64,000 nt of DNA from Chlorokybus atmophyticus. Lineage: Eukaryota > Plantae > Mesostigma and Chlorokybus algae. The position numbers and the translations under genes are program-made. Below are positions 13,824-27,470 of this stretch, one piece after another. Each line of letters starts with the position of its first letter. Position 1 is the stretch's first letter. Location of the stretch: the NCBI GenBank assembly GCA_009103225.1, contig RHPI01002368.1:711397-775396 (forward strand), written 5' to 3'. A model generated the notes under the pieces. The model saw only the letters and a list, made by a program, of their open reading frames with translations, searched no databases and was not told where the DNA came from.

Positions 13824-16800
13824 TTAGTCAATGACCAGCTCCTCTTCCTCTTCGTCTTGCTCCTTTTCTTGCAGCACAGAAAACTCCTGGCAGACAACCG
13901 CATGCTATGTCAGCCTGTACTTGGTGCCATAACGACAAAAACAACAACAGCAAAAAAGAATGCCGCAACTGCGCACAAACACACGGAAGCGACTGCGCGC
14001 GCGTGCGCACCAGCAGCCTCACAAAATACGACGAAACACCACATGTGCACAATACACTGCCCATCATATGCCAACAGGTGCACGCGCGCACACACACACA
14101 CGTGCACGCACACACGCGCACTTCTTTTCGCACATACCCCCCGCATGGTCGGCCACGCTGCCGCCGCCGCTCTCCCCGCATCTTCTTTCGTCTTCGTATC
14201 CCCGCACGCTTCTATCAGCGCCTTCACCCTGCCCACCGCGTCCGCTCGCTTGCTGCCATGCTCAGCACCGTCGCTGCCGCCGCTGTCCTCCAGCGCGCTC
14301 AAAGCCGCCGCCGAAGCCGCAGCCAGAATGCACTCGGAAGGAGAGAGGGAGGGAATGCGGTCCGTCAGGGCCTGTACGCAGCAGTGCATACGTGTGCGAG
14401 TGCACGCATACACACACGCACGCACTCACGCGCACGTGCCTGATAAGCACCACACCATTGCTCACACCATTGCTCTCATTCCCCTACCTGCACGAGCAGC
14501 GCCGGGCACGACGACGAACAGCTCGGCCCGTCCGCTTTTGCCAGATCCGGCCGCGTGCGCGCGTTGACGGCCACCTTGCCCGCGCAGTGCACAATCCACG
14601 CGAGCGGCCGACGCACTCTCTCCTCCAGCGCATCCGCGTCGTGCAAGGACACGTCCGGCGGGGACTCGCTGCCGCCCGAGCTCGGTTGCGGCTGCGCGGT
14701 GTTGCAGGCGAGGATGGCCTCCGTGAAACCGCTCACTATGTCCCTGTGGCACAAGCACACGGGTGCATGTTTGTGTGGGCGCGCGTGCGCGTGCGCGTGT
14801 CTGTGCAGTTGTGTACGCGCACGCACACTTGATGTTGGGAAGCAGAAGGTGATCTGATACACACATGCGCTGTCAGCCACTCCACCCACACTTGCGATCC
14901 GTACCCCGTGTGAATCCTCTTCAGCGGGTCGTTCAATTCCCGACACAGTCCCGCCGCGGACTTGGCCGTCACTCCCCTCGCCAGCAGCTGCCCCAGCTTC
15001 CGCCTCACCATTGTCAGACCGGGCGCCTGCGCCGCACCTGACGAGGACATCGACACAACACGTGGTGTTGGCTTGTCGGGAAGTTTGGGCTTGGGGCCTG
15101 GCTTCTGCCAAGGGGGCTTGGCTTTGGCCTTGTGGTTGTGGTTGTGGTTGTGGTTGTGGTTGTGGTTGTGGTTGTGGTTGTCTTTGGGTCTGATGATGGG
15201 TTCGGCCGCGCTTGGTGACTCAGACTCCTGCTTTTTCTTCCTTGAGCCCGGCTTTGGTCCTGGTTTCTTTCTTGTTGGCGGCTCTGACACTGAAACACAT
15301 ACGCGCATATGTACACAAGCACACATACGCACATGCACACATGCACACGCGCGCACGCGCACGCGCGTGTTAAGCAAGACAGCAAGAGCAGAGTACCCAC
15401 ATCTAACATGTGCACACGTACACACAACACGACACGCATACCAGCAACGGGTTGTTGTTGTTGTTGTGGCGACAGCGTGAGCGGCGGCGGTGTTGGCGCA
15501 TCCTGGTGCAAAAGCGCCGGCAGTCCCGGACTGAGCAGCTTCGGCCTGTCGCGCTCGTGCTCACCCGTCCCAACATTAACCCTCTCACCCTCGCGCTCAA
15601 CGTTGTTGTCCTTCTCCGCCTCGTCACCCCCTATTACTTCACGTGTCACGCCGTGAGGGAGCGCAAGGGGCGGGGGAGAATGAGGACGCGTGCTTGTTGC
15701 TGTGTTTGTTGGTTGCTCTTTCCTTCGCTTGGCCGGCGGCGTTGTGAAAGCTGAAGCAGGCATTGTTGTTGCTGTTGTAGGTGTTGTTGTTGGCGTTGGT
15801 GGTGGTGTGTCGAGCTGCGTCGGCGGCTGCTTGGGTGGGCGCCCTCTCTTGCGTGCACCCACTTGCTGTTGTTGTGATGGTTGTGGTTGTCGTTGTTGTT
15901 GGTGGTTCTGTTGCTGCTGCTGTTGCTGTCGTTGTATCTCACCAAGCTGACGTTGCATCCCAGCAATGACTTCGCGCTGTTCAGCAACTGCTTTGTCGAG
16001 CGCACGTACAGCGCCCTCATCCCGCTCACTCAGTTTGTTATTGTTGGGTTGTGCGTCACTGTGCACAAGCCCAACATCCCGCTGCAGCCGCGCGATATCT
16101 GCGCCTTGCTTGGAAACAACCTCTCTCAGACCTCCAATATCAGCATCTTTGGTCGATATTGAATGCATCTGCCTGCGCATAACAACGATATCACCCGCCT
16201 GCCTTGAGATGGATTCCCGCAGCGTATCGATGTCGCCTCGGATAGATGAAGCAAGTGGACCTGCATCTGTTGTTGTGTTTATTGCGTTTGTTGTGTCATC
16301 TAAACGCCGACGCAGCTCGGCGATATTGTCCCCATGCGTAGATACTGCCTCCCGCAGGGCGGCAATATCCGTCCCAACCCGCGCACTCCCACCAACCTGG
16401 ACAAAGAGATGTAACAATAAACACAACATACCACCACATACCCACATATGCACGTACGCACATACTGCACATTTCACTTGCAACAGACAGACCCAACCAC
16501 ACGCACGACATACCCACAATACCACACTGCAATCTTATATGAACACACACCTGAAACAAACACAACATACCCACACTTCACACCTGAGTTTCAACTCGCG
16601 TGACGCGTTCATAAATTCGCTTCTGCTCGTTTGCCACAACATCCACGCGCGTGAGGACTCGCTTGACGTCCTCCTTCATCCCGTTGCCATTGCCGTTGTT
16701 ACCCTTGTCCTTGTCTCTGTGGTTGGCTTCGAGGGCGGCGAGACGCGCGGACAACGTGGACACGTCGGACACGGCGGACTGCATCGCCAGACGGATGGAC

Positions 16801-18394
16801 GCGAAGGAAGCCAACTCGGACTCGGCTGCCCTCCTCATCTGTAGAAAAGCGTGGCAGTGTGTGTGTGTGCGCGCGTGCGTGTGTTCGCCTGTGCATGTGT
16901 CTGTGCTATGATAGATGATGATGCCGGTGGTGGCCTTGGAGAACACACGAGTCAATGAGCAAAGTAATGGATAACGAACTTACAACAGGAAGCAGGATGG
17001 AAAACAGCAGTGCATGGATGATCGAGTCAACAGGCAATCCATGTGAATGAGTGAATGGATGCACAAGTGAACAAAGCAAACGAATGGACGAGTCAATGGA
17101 TGAATGAGTGACACAAGGAGCGAATGAGCGACTACAAGAGCGAATGAATGAATGTAAGGAGTAAGTGAGCGATGCCACAAATGAGTGAAACAGTGCACGA
17201 GTAGTGGAACGAGAGACTGAAATGACTCATTGACATACTCAATCAGTGAATGAGCAAACGAGCCAACAGCAATCGACTGCACATATGTCACTTGCCTGGC
17301 GTTCGGACTCAAGGCGGCCGTTGGCTTCGCGCAACTCTGCAAGATAAGAAGGATTCCTCAGTCACTTTGGAATCTAAAGTCCACCCATGTGCTTGTGTGT
17401 GCGCGTGCGAGTGTGTATGCGTGTGCGGCCCATCATCTTTACCTGCTTGGAGGGCTGCGTGTGCGGCGAGTAGTTGGTGCGTAGTGACGATACGGCGTTT
17501 GAGAAGGCGCAAGTTGCCGCGCAGCCGACGACGCACAGCCACACCCTGCCACATACAAGGTCTATAGACACGTATGTGTGTATGCGCGTGCACCTGTGTA
17601 CATTCCCTCACGCGCGTGGCAGTGTGCGTGTGTATGCACACTTGTGACGCATACACAGCCAAGGACACACACAGCCACATGCACGAAACAGTCGCATACG
17701 CATGCCTGCTCTGGCTACTATCGCTGTTCTGCATGAGACACTCGCAGCGGCTGTAGCACGGACACATGTGCTGAACTGCAAGCTGCAGCCTTGCTGCCTG
17801 TAGTTATGCAGCTTACTGCGGTTGGCCTCTCACGCTGCAGTTTTGTGTTTGCTTGGACGCTACCATTTGGTGTTACTTTTGCACGAGAAACTGCTGGTTG
17901 CCTACCACTGCGTGTGATTTCCAGAAAAGAAAGAAACTACCACCTTGCTGGAGAGCCGTGCATTGCATGTTTTACTTTACTCTTCGCAACCATCAATATT
18001 TGTCCCACATTCCCAAGCATGAACACCGCCAAGCCTCATGTGTTTGACAGTGTACTGTACTGCATGCCATTGCTATGACGTAACCTCAGTCACGGTCTCG
18101 TTTACACACAGACGCAGACACGCGCACACGCACCTGCTCACAGCGGTGGCAGAGAGGATGCGAGTGCTCTCCCTCTCCCTCTCCCTCTCCTGAGCCTCTT
18201 AAGCTTCCTCGTCCTCCTCGCCCTCCTCCTTCCCCGCCTCCCTCCCCCTCCTCCTCCTCCTCCTCCTCCTCCTGGTCGTTACTGCCCCCCGCCCCACTAC
18301 CACCCTCCTCCTGGCCGTCCTCCTCCTCCTCCTCCACCCCCGCCGCCTCCGCCATGCCCCTCCTCCTCCTCTTCCTCTCCGCGGACGCCTCCAT
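13824..18394 (-). CDS. Large multi-exon protein with a basic/acidic N-terminus, coiled-coil repeats, an AT-hook motif and a helical C-terminal region
   Basis: First exon 18394-18134 reads MEASAERKRRRRG...HPLCHRCEQ. In-phase exons follow: LAAHAALQA/ELREANGRLESERQ/MRRAAESEL..., then DIAALREAVS repeats, RKRGRPPK and KKPGPKPGSRKKK. The last exon reads EFSVLQEKEQDEEEEELVID*. The link between 18134 and about 17545 is unresolved. Confidence 0.65.
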
Positions 18395-18497
18395 CTGGAG
18401 GTGGCCCGCCTTGTCCTTGATGTGGGCGGCGGCAACGGCGAGGGCGGCGACGGCGGGGGTGTCGTCCGGGAGGTGGTGGAGGTGTAGTGGGAGGTGG

Positions 18498-19091
18498 ATG
18501 ACGGCGTCGGCGGGGTGGAAGAGGCTGGGGACGGGTAGGAGAGAGCTGTGGCTGCCGCACACGCTGCCAACAGGACAAACATTCAGGTGTGCGAGAATGT
18601 GTGTGGGAAATGCACACACATTAGCAAATAAATAAAGACAGAAACAAAAGCACGCGCGGGCACAGAGAGCAAAGTTTGGACGACCTATACTTTGGTCCAG
18701 CAGCGCACATGTTTCTCAACCAACCAGCTAATCAACAAACAAAGAATGAAACAAAGACAAAACCAAAACCAAAGAAATAAGCTTCACTGTGATCGGCAAG
18801 GGGGAGCCACTGCTGTCTGCCTTGTGTATGTGTCGGTGAAAGACTCTAGGCACAGGCATCCCATTGCTGGTGGTGCTCAAAGTGCCATGCTCAGATAACA
18901 ACACGTACAGCAGTAGCTAACTGCTGTACGTGTTGTTATCTGACTGTAATCAAGCTTGTTCGTACTGCACAAGTCTCCCCATCGCGCACTTTCTTACACG
19001 TCACTCGTCACCACATCAACTGCTTCAATGCTTGATCACACATTTCAGGTGGCGCCGTCGCAAGAGCGAACCAAGCCGGGAGCAACAACCC

Positions 19092-19128
<37 letters not shown>

Positions 19129-21060
19129 GCGTTGACGGTGATGGTGATGAGTGGTGGGGTGTGATCGGTCGACGCGTGTTTGCGCTGAGGCAGGAGTGCC
19201 ACGACGTCGCGTGGAGGCTGGTCGGCACGACATCAACGAGTGGTGGTGAGGATGGTGATGGAGCGGAGAAGGCGCTCGCGGAGTACTTCAACCTGCACAT
19301 CAGCTTAAACTCCCTGTGAGCACATACAAGCTGTTGTTGCAGACATATGGGTGGAACACATGCACGCGCACATGTGTGCTCGCATGCGTGTATGTACGCA
19401 CGGACACGCACTCATATGCGTGTGCATACTTCTACTCCCACGCACGCGCTCGTGCATGCTTGCACAGGCGACGCTTGATACTACGCACAACCGCACACAA
19501 GCATGGAGTCAAATTTCGCGACGTGTTCCTTGTTATAAACTTTGTACCGCAACAATGCAACAAAACAAGTAACTCTCTTTACACAGGTGGGAGCGGTTCT
19601 GCTCTGCGGACCCTTACTTTGCCGCATTATCTCCCCACGTCGCCGGCGCACGCATGCTCAAACAGGTTTCATTCGTTGGGCACACATTGAAGTCACACGT
19701 TGGTTTATATACGTCACGTGTTGGATTGTACGTTGTGACAATAAGTATATCTGTCTCAGGACCCCGTGGAGTGTCTGTACGCGTTCATCTGCAGCCAAAA
19801 CAACCACATCGCGCGCATAACCGGTCTCGTTCGCGCCCTCGAGCGCCGCGGGGACTCGTTGCACACGCACACACACGTTGGGGATGTCGACTATGATGAG
19901 AGTGAGGGCTTTCATGCCTTCCCCTCGGTGGAGACGCTCGCGAAAGTGCCCGAGTCTCAATGGCGCGAAGAGGGGTTCGGATACCGAGCAAAGTTCATAC
20001 ATCAGACCTCGATCGCGCTCAGTGAGAGTAAGTAGTGCTGGTTGTGGGTTGAAAGGTGTCACATTGCAACTGTGCGTGCGTGCGTGTGTGCGTGTGCGTG
20101 TGCGTGTGGGCGTGTGTTACCCATATTCTCTTCTTTGAGTAGAAGCTAGTGGGGGGAGGAAGTGGCTGGAGTCTCTCGCGCACGAGTCTGTTAGCGCGGA
20201 TGAAGCCATCGAGCAGCTGTGCACTCTTCCCGGCATTGGCCCAAAGGCAAGACATGTGCTGACACACAACAGCTATACCCGTAGTCACACGCACGCAAAC
20301 CCACACGCGCGCGCATGCTTGCACACCTGACTTGCTCTCACAGGTGGGTGCCTGTGTGGCGCTGTTTGCTTTGAACAAGCACAGCGTGGTTCCCGTGGAC
20401 GTCCACGTGCGCGAGCTGTGCGTGCGGGCGTACCGACCCGACCTCGCGCGGTCCCCGCTCAACAACAAAATGCACGCAGAGATAGCCGCCACGTTCCGCG
20501 AACTCTTCGGGCCGTATGCGGGGTGGGCACACAATGCACTCTTCATCGCTGAACTCCCACGCATCAGGTATGTGTGTGTGTGAGTGTGTGTGTGTGCGCG
20601 CGTGTGTGCGTGCGTGCGCACGGTGGTTAGGTGTGCACACATACACATATTCACCTTGTTATGTTGCTTATTGGGTGGACTGGGCACTCTCGTTTTCTCT
20701 TGCTTTGGCATTCTGAGGTTGTGTGTTCATTTAACGCGCAGGGATCAGTTGCCGGATGAGCTACGAGCGCGGATGCTCTTGCCCAAAGCAAAGAAGAAGG
20801 GGAAGCAAAAGCCAAAAGAGGCAACCACCACAACCACCCAACAACAACACGAAGAAGAAGAAGAAGAAGAACTACCGTCAATATCAACACCATCGACCAC
20901 TCCTATTTGTGAAGCCAAAGTGGTGAAGGTGCGCACGACGAGGAGCAAGCGCGTGCGCGCGGAGGTCAAGCGGGAGGATGATGGGGAGCATGTTGTTGTT
21001 GTGCAAAAGAAGCGTACAGTTCGAAGACGGCTTATTGTTGTACAGACGACTGATGGTTGA
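18498..21060 (+). CDS. OGG1: 8-oxoguanine DNA glycosylase/AP lyase OGG1, multi-exon
   Basis: Motifs: ELWLPHTLPTGQTFR/W (first exon ends 18586), GARMLKQ/DPVECLYAFICSQNNHIARI, GFGYRAKFI, HhH motif LCTLPGIGPK/VGAC with the catalytic Lys, VPVDVH with the catalytic Asp, and FGPYAGWAHNALF. Confidence 0.95.
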
Positions 21061-21138
21061 TGGAGGATGATGCAGTGAGTGCATTTTATGATGCTCAAAT
21101 TGGGTTGTGTTACACAAGTCATTGTTGCAGCACTGACT

Positions 21139-21195
21139 TGTGTGACACAACATATGGCATGTGTGACACAACCCATAGCTTGTGTGACACAACCC
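21139..21195. repeat. Short tandem TGTGTGACACAAC-type repeats downstream of OGG1
   Basis: Three near-identical TGTGTGACACAAC units, each containing the self-complementary core TGTGACACA-like sequence. Confidence 0.7.
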
Positions 21196-22178
21196 ATGTT
21201 TTATGGGCTGCTGTTGTGCGTCCTGGTTTGATTATTAATATGAATACCAATGTACCTGCTTGACAAACGTCGATACCCTTATCAACTTGAGCGTCTACAT
21301 TTATTGCAAAACTAGTGCGAGTCCTTTCAGCATATGTATCGACAAACTTGAGTGAAGCTACGTATGATGCGCAACGCGTAATACAGTCCAATTTGCACAG
21401 AGAGCTCAGCGTAAAAGCATAACTTCGCAAATCCTTAAATAAGATTGACAATTTCACAAACAAAAAAGTTCTTGGTTAACCTCCTAGCACGTTGACAGAC
21501 AAAACTATTGTATAAGCTTGCCTTTTCTAATCGGAGCATGTGTACATAATATAAATACCAAATGGCTGGTGCTATTTGCAATAAGGCTTGATACGTTCAA
21601 CCGCGTTCCTTATGGGAACGTACAGTAGTGCTACAGAATGTTTGTAAAAAATCAAATGCTGACGAAGTTGGTATGCTATAAAACAAATGAATGGGGAAGA
21701 AGTTGGTATGCTGTACAACAAATGCCTTGTCCGTCTATCACTTGAAGGCTTAAGGTGATAGCCATTTGGAATTATCACATGATCATGTCATGTCATCCAT
21801 GATATGACCGATGTATCAGGCACAAGTCGCGACTCATGTGACTCACGAGTAACCATCACATGCTTAGCATACTAAAGAAGTAGATAACACATGAGCACGT
21901 ACATCTGTTGCAGTGATAATTACCGTAGTGCTTCAGAAAAAGAGTTTGCCAGATTATATGATTCATACTCGTAGACCCCGCCACAGGCACAATAACCCTG
22001 TCGATGAAACGATGCAAGGCACATGTAACGGAGTAAGACTGCGATTATCAACAGTGATCCGTACTGATCCATAGCTAATCCCGAACTGATCCAGTTAGGT
22101 CTAGGATCACCGACTACCACCAGGCGGCGGCGGTGTTCTCGGCGTAGGCGTCATCCTCGAACTCCTCCTCCTTCAGCC

Positions 22179-23951
22179 ATGGCGCCGGCGCCTGAGCAGC
22201 CCCAGTTCAACAGGGAGTGGCTTGAGATCCACCGCTACGACCCCGAGATCCTCCCCCAGCTGGAGCACCTCCTCCACCTGCAGGTGTCCACGGGGACGCA
22301 CTACCCGGACGCCAACATATGCCTGCTACGCTTCTACCAGGTGAGTAGTGTATTTGTATGTGTATGCGTATATGTATGCGTGGTATTCTTCACACTGTTT
22401 CTTGTTTGTTGGTAGTTCTTTCCTGAGAGGATGAATGCGCAAGCGGTGACACACATCCTCATAAAGGTGAGTGTGTGATGGGTGCAATTGTGTGTACAAG
22501 TACACGTGTAGTCCTCTCTTACATGGTATTGGCTCTGATGGAATTGTTGCACATACATGCACAACTGCAAACTCGCAGGCGCTTATGGCGTTTCCGTCGT
22601 CGAGCTTTTTGCTCTCGCAGTGCATCATACCCGAACGCATGGTAAGAGAGACACAGCATATGTGTGGAGAGAGTATTCGAGACGTCATGACACACGAGTC
22701 GTTGACATGTGTGATTTGTTTTGTTTAGCAAATGGAGGAGCCATTCACGACACTCATAATGCTGCGCAACTATCTGGAGGTACATGCCGAACATGGATCC
22801 ATTGGTTTGATTCACTGCAGACATACTGTTGCAAGAACCCACACCCACATACCCGTGCCCGTACACATATGAAGAAATCAGTTACATGACAATCATATAC
22901 GCACGTCGAAATGCCCTCGTGTCCGTACATGTGCACATACGCATAGACACCTACGCCCAGACACTCCTACTTCCACACACATAAACACGAATGTGTGCAT
23001 ATGGTTACGTACACATGGTAATATACACATGTACGCTTCTGTAGTCATACACTCACACACAAAGCACATAGACATGCATGCATGTAAGGTTTCTCACTAC
23101 TGCTGTGACACGGACATGTATCTGCAGGCAGGGCGCTTCCGAGAGTTTTGGGCTACGGCCAATGATAACCGACATATCATCGATCAGGTGTGTGCACATA
23201 CACATACATGTACTGCCGTGTGAATTTGTGTGCGGACACGCCCGCATGCACACGCACACGCATGCACGCACGCAAACTGTCTACTAGCTGCATGACTGTG
23301 CTTAGCGCTCGCAAATTAAATACATACACACATACACACATCCACCACTTCGCAGGTTCCCGGCTTCGACGCCGCGATCCAACGCTACGCCGTCTTCCTC
23401 CTCGAACAAACATACCAAAGGTTGCCTCGCTCGGCCCTGATAGACGTAAGAACCACACGTCATACCCACATCTTTCTCGAGCTCAAGTCACAAGCAACAT
23501 GTCTCACGTGTGCCAACAAACCACTTTTACCCCAGGCTGTGAACATGGACCAGAACGGCTTGAATAAACTCATCACGGAGAAGCGCAGCGCGGGGCTGTG
23601 GACGGTATCGGACGGGGGCCAGGCAAGTGGACTCCGTGTGGAGTTGTGTCACATCGTGTGCATAGTGTGTGTTGTGCTGACATGTGTGAGATATGCATAT
23701 ATCATGAAACCGTTTTGAGTGAATCCATCTTCGCGCGACGGTGTTGTGCGTGCCTGCGCGTCCATGTCCAGTTGCTCTCCTGCGAGTTCACATGTGGACT
23801 TTGCTTCATGTTGACTTTTGGTTGCGTGTGTGTGTGTCAGGTTATCGGTCTGCCGCGTACCCAAGCCAACGCGCCTGCTCCACGCGCAGCTACGGAGAAG
23901 GGCTTCGCGCTCGAGCACGCCGCGCGATACCTCTCGACCGTCACGGCTTAG
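22179..23951 (+). CDS. EIF3K: Eukaryotic translation initiation factor 3 subunit K, 8 exons
   Basis: RYDPEILPQLE, DANICLLRFYQ/FFPERM, ILIKALMAFPSSSFLLSQCIIPER, GRFREFW and VPGFDAAIQRYA match the eIF3k PCI-domain pattern. Ends ARYLSTVTA*. Confidence 0.93.
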
Positions 23952-24607
23952 TGGGGGGGTCTTGCGCGTGTAGTGTGTGAGACAGCAGCAGTGTGGTCGG
24001 GATTGCCAGTTATACACATAACCGCTTGCATGCGCGTGTGCAGCAGGGCAATGCCACGTGTACGTGCGCGCACACGCCACATGGAATACACATTCGAGCA
24101 TGCCCTTGCACCTGTATTTGTACACATTGCGCGCACACAGAGCACATCCACAGACACGCAAACATGTGTCGCGCGCCTTCACAGGCATAGCAACATGTGC
24201 ACGCGCACCTGCTTGCACTCACAAGTGACAGCGCGCAGTTTGTGTTCTAGTGCACATATGGGCGTGTGCATTAGTATGTGCGTTCACAACCTGTTGCCCA
24301 CCCCTACATCAGCATACTCCGGCAACATGACAGACTGCAGCCTCCTGCGCAGCACCACACACATACTGTGCACAGTGCAAGCCCGCGCTCTTGTTGCACA
24401 GCAGTGTGTTACTTACGGTACCCATGCACTCGTCCACACACGTACAACAACTCGTGCTGATGTCGACTGTTTTGCACTGCTCACGCAACCGCACATGCAC
24501 CCAAAGGGCAGCAGTACACAACTCTCGATCTTTCCTCTCACGTGTCACAACAATGGCACATTGGCACACAAACACACACACACACACAACACACTAGCGT
24601 ACACGTG

Positions 24608-27127
24608 TCAGCTGACATACATTCTTGAGCCCGCAGAAGCATCACCGCCGCCCACGCTAGCATTAGCCTTCTTCACACGCTGCTCCAAAATCTCAGAATC
24701 ACGCGCATCCCGCCTGCACGTGTATGTGTATGTGTATGTGAGACAGTGGCAATGCATAGTGTATGCACGCTGTGCAAGCAGCACAATTCTACGAGGTGGT
24801 GATGATCTTGGTCTGTGTGTGTGTGTGTGTGAGACACGCGTGCGTTCGTCACCTCAGCACGTCGAGGAGCTTCGCCAGCGCCTCCGTCTGGTGCTGAAGC
24901 AACTGGACACACACGACACACAAACACATTGAGTCTCAACCCAACATCACCAACAACACAAGCGCACATGCGGGTATGCTGCGTGCTGCGTACACACACG
25001 TACGCGCATGCATGAGCGGTAGTTGATAATGGGTATGCGCGCGTCTAGTGCACGTGCACGCATGCATGTTGTGCATGCAAAGGCATCACAACATGTCAAC
25101 ACAACACTCACTCCCCAACCCACCTGCTGCATGCGTTGAAGGCTCTCTTCGTCCACGCGCGCGGGCACGAGCGTGTTGTTGTTGGCGACGGGACCGCACG
25201 ACGACGCGAGGGAATCCAACTGGTCCAGCTTGCGGGGGAGCTCGGCGGTAGGAGGCTGGAGCTGTGAGAGATGGTGGGTGTGCTTGTGCATGTGCGTGTG
25301 CGTGTACGTGTGCGCGCGCGTTCGAGTGTGTACAATGGTGTGCGCACGGTGCGCGTGCTGCTATGTCAGTGGGCGCATGCGTGCATGTACACACGCGCGT
25401 GACTGTGCGCGCGTGCGCATGTGTGTTTCTCTGATCGCGTGTGCGTATGTGCATGCAAGCGTGTCTGCAGTGTTGTTACACATGTGGCACCAACACCATC
25501 ATAACACCCACCTCTCTACACAGGTCTTGCAGTTTGGCGGCGAGCGTGATCTCTTCCCGCGTGATGGGCACGCCACGGAAGGCACGGCATTCGAGTAGCT
25601 CTATGCTGTGCATCACCTGCATGCACGCCACAATGAGCACAGGATTAACAACGCGCGCACACGCTGCCTTGCCTTTAAGAGGCGGTGTCTCAGCGTGGCG
25701 AAGCGCGCGGCGCAGTTGTCGATCCTCGCCCTCGTCTCCGTCTCAAACCGCCTCCGCACCGCCCTTACCTTTGAGAACAGTCACACACGTCCATTGCAGC
25801 TAACATGTGTTCAGTTTTCACAACAATAACCAAGACAAGCTGCAGAAGTACGCAAGCAACGGCACACGAATGGCAAGCCAAGCATACACATGCACGACAC
25901 GTGCGCGCGCATGCACGCGCGCGTACGCACACATGGACACCCACGCGTGTGCTCACCCGTGTACAAGCACACAAAGCCCAACGCACGCCCGCACACCCAA
26001 CCACACACACCTGCTCTTCCAGCTGCGCCAGTCTCTCCTCATTCGCTTGCACAGCCGCATCTTGCAACTGAACAACAACCCACAACCCAACGTCACTCCC
26101 CTCCCCGCCCATCCCCCCTCCCCCCACCCACCCACCTTTGCTCTCTCCGCCAGGTCCTTGAACCCGTACGCCACGAACGGCCACAACCGCTCCCTGATCG
26201 CGGGCGTGGGCGCGACGGCGGCGATGTCGTCCAGGGCCGCGCGCCAGCGGGAGTCGTCGACGAGAGGAGGCTTGGAGCGGGGGGCGCTCGGGTCCAACAC
26301 GTTGTAGAAGAGGTGCTGGGGGGAGAGGAGGGTTGGTGTAGGCGGTGGTGGTGAAGTGTTTGTGAACGTGTTGGTCGTGTACGTGGGTGCGCATGTATGT
26401 GTATGTGTATCTGTATCTGTATCTGTATCTGTGTCTGTGTCTGTATCTGTATCTGTAACTGTATCTGTATCTGTATCTGTACTGTGCGTTTGAGAGTGTG
26501 TGTATGTGCAGGTGTAGGTGTATGCGTGTGGTTGTGTATGTGTATATGTATATGTGCATACGTGTATGTGCATGTGTACGTGTGTACACATATGTGTTTC
26601 TTTGCTTACTCGGAAGCGGTTGTGCGGGTTGGCCGGGTGGTCATAGTATGCGAGGGCGATGCTCTGCAGCACATTGTCAGGAGTCACTTGGCACATATGC
26701 ACACGCGTGCACGTTGATTATCACACGCGCAACCACATGTCACTCCACCTGCACGTCCTTCTCGGGAAGGGGCGTCCCCGCAGTGTACGTGGCCGGCGCC
26801 ATCTGCGTGCTGAAACCTAACAACCACAACACACATAGTTCAAAACACCCACATGCATACTTAACACACGCGCACGCGCACGCCCATGCACACACCACCT
26901 TGCGCTGGCGTGTACGTCGGTGCTGGTGTTGCCGACCCGAAGTAATTCGGCGTTGATGTGGATGTTCCAAAGAACGAGGGCATCGCTGCTGGTGTCTGTG
27001 TTTGTGTTTGTGCGGGTGTGGATGTGGATGTGGGTGTGGGTGTTGATGAGAAGATCGGGACGTTGAGAACGGAAGGGGATTGCGACGGTGTTGAGCCGAA
27101 GAGAGATGAACCAAATGGCGTTGCTGC

Positions 27128-27164
<37 letters not shown>

Positions 27165-27470
27165 AGAAGGAGAGAAACAGAGAGAGAGGTTGAGAGGGAA
27201 AGGATGTGGCTATGCATGCTAGGGCTAGCATATATAGTGTGACTACCGAGTATCGCTGCGCAAATGCAAAACGCCTGAATGCCATAACAAGAGATGAATC
27301 AAATGAAACCCATGTGCATGGCGACAATATCCCGCCCCAACAATGATAATGAGAGGCATCTCACCGCCTGCGGCGCCAGAGGCTGAGGATGGCGTCGCCC
27401 CAAACAGCGGCTTCTGCAAACCGCCGCCGCCGCCGCCCAGCGCCGGCGTCGACTGCGCAAAGCTGAACAT
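24608..27470 (-). CDS. NUP54: Nucleoporin Nup54, multi-exon
   Basis: FG-rich N-terminus (KPLFG, SSLFG, SFFG, NYFG), followed by HLFYNV, LWPFVAYGFKDLAERAK, RHRLLK/VMHSIELLE and LLQHQTEALAKLLDVLR/RDARDSEI, typical of Nup54/Nup57. Confidence 0.9.
26399..26482. repeat. (TGTATC)n hexamer microsatellite in a Nup54 intron
   Basis: Tandem TGTATC/TGTGTC units read directly. Confidence 0.9.

Noticed and set aside
13824-15020. FRIGIDA-like assignment for the C-terminal helical region
   Set aside because: The resemblance is only a vague helical pattern. The diagnostic DPAKLVLD and CILLLE motifs are not present.
18395-18619. Minus-strand reading PVPSLFHPADAVIHLPLH... as an upstream extension of the AT-hook gene
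   Set aside because: It is antisense to OGG1 exon 1 (ELWLPHTLPTGQTFR), which has clear family support.
19086-19128. Poly-Asn insertion in the OGG1 N-terminal domain (similar tracts occur in other genes)
   Set aside because: AAC/CAA expansions occur in several genes here and look like a general genome trait, not a specific function.
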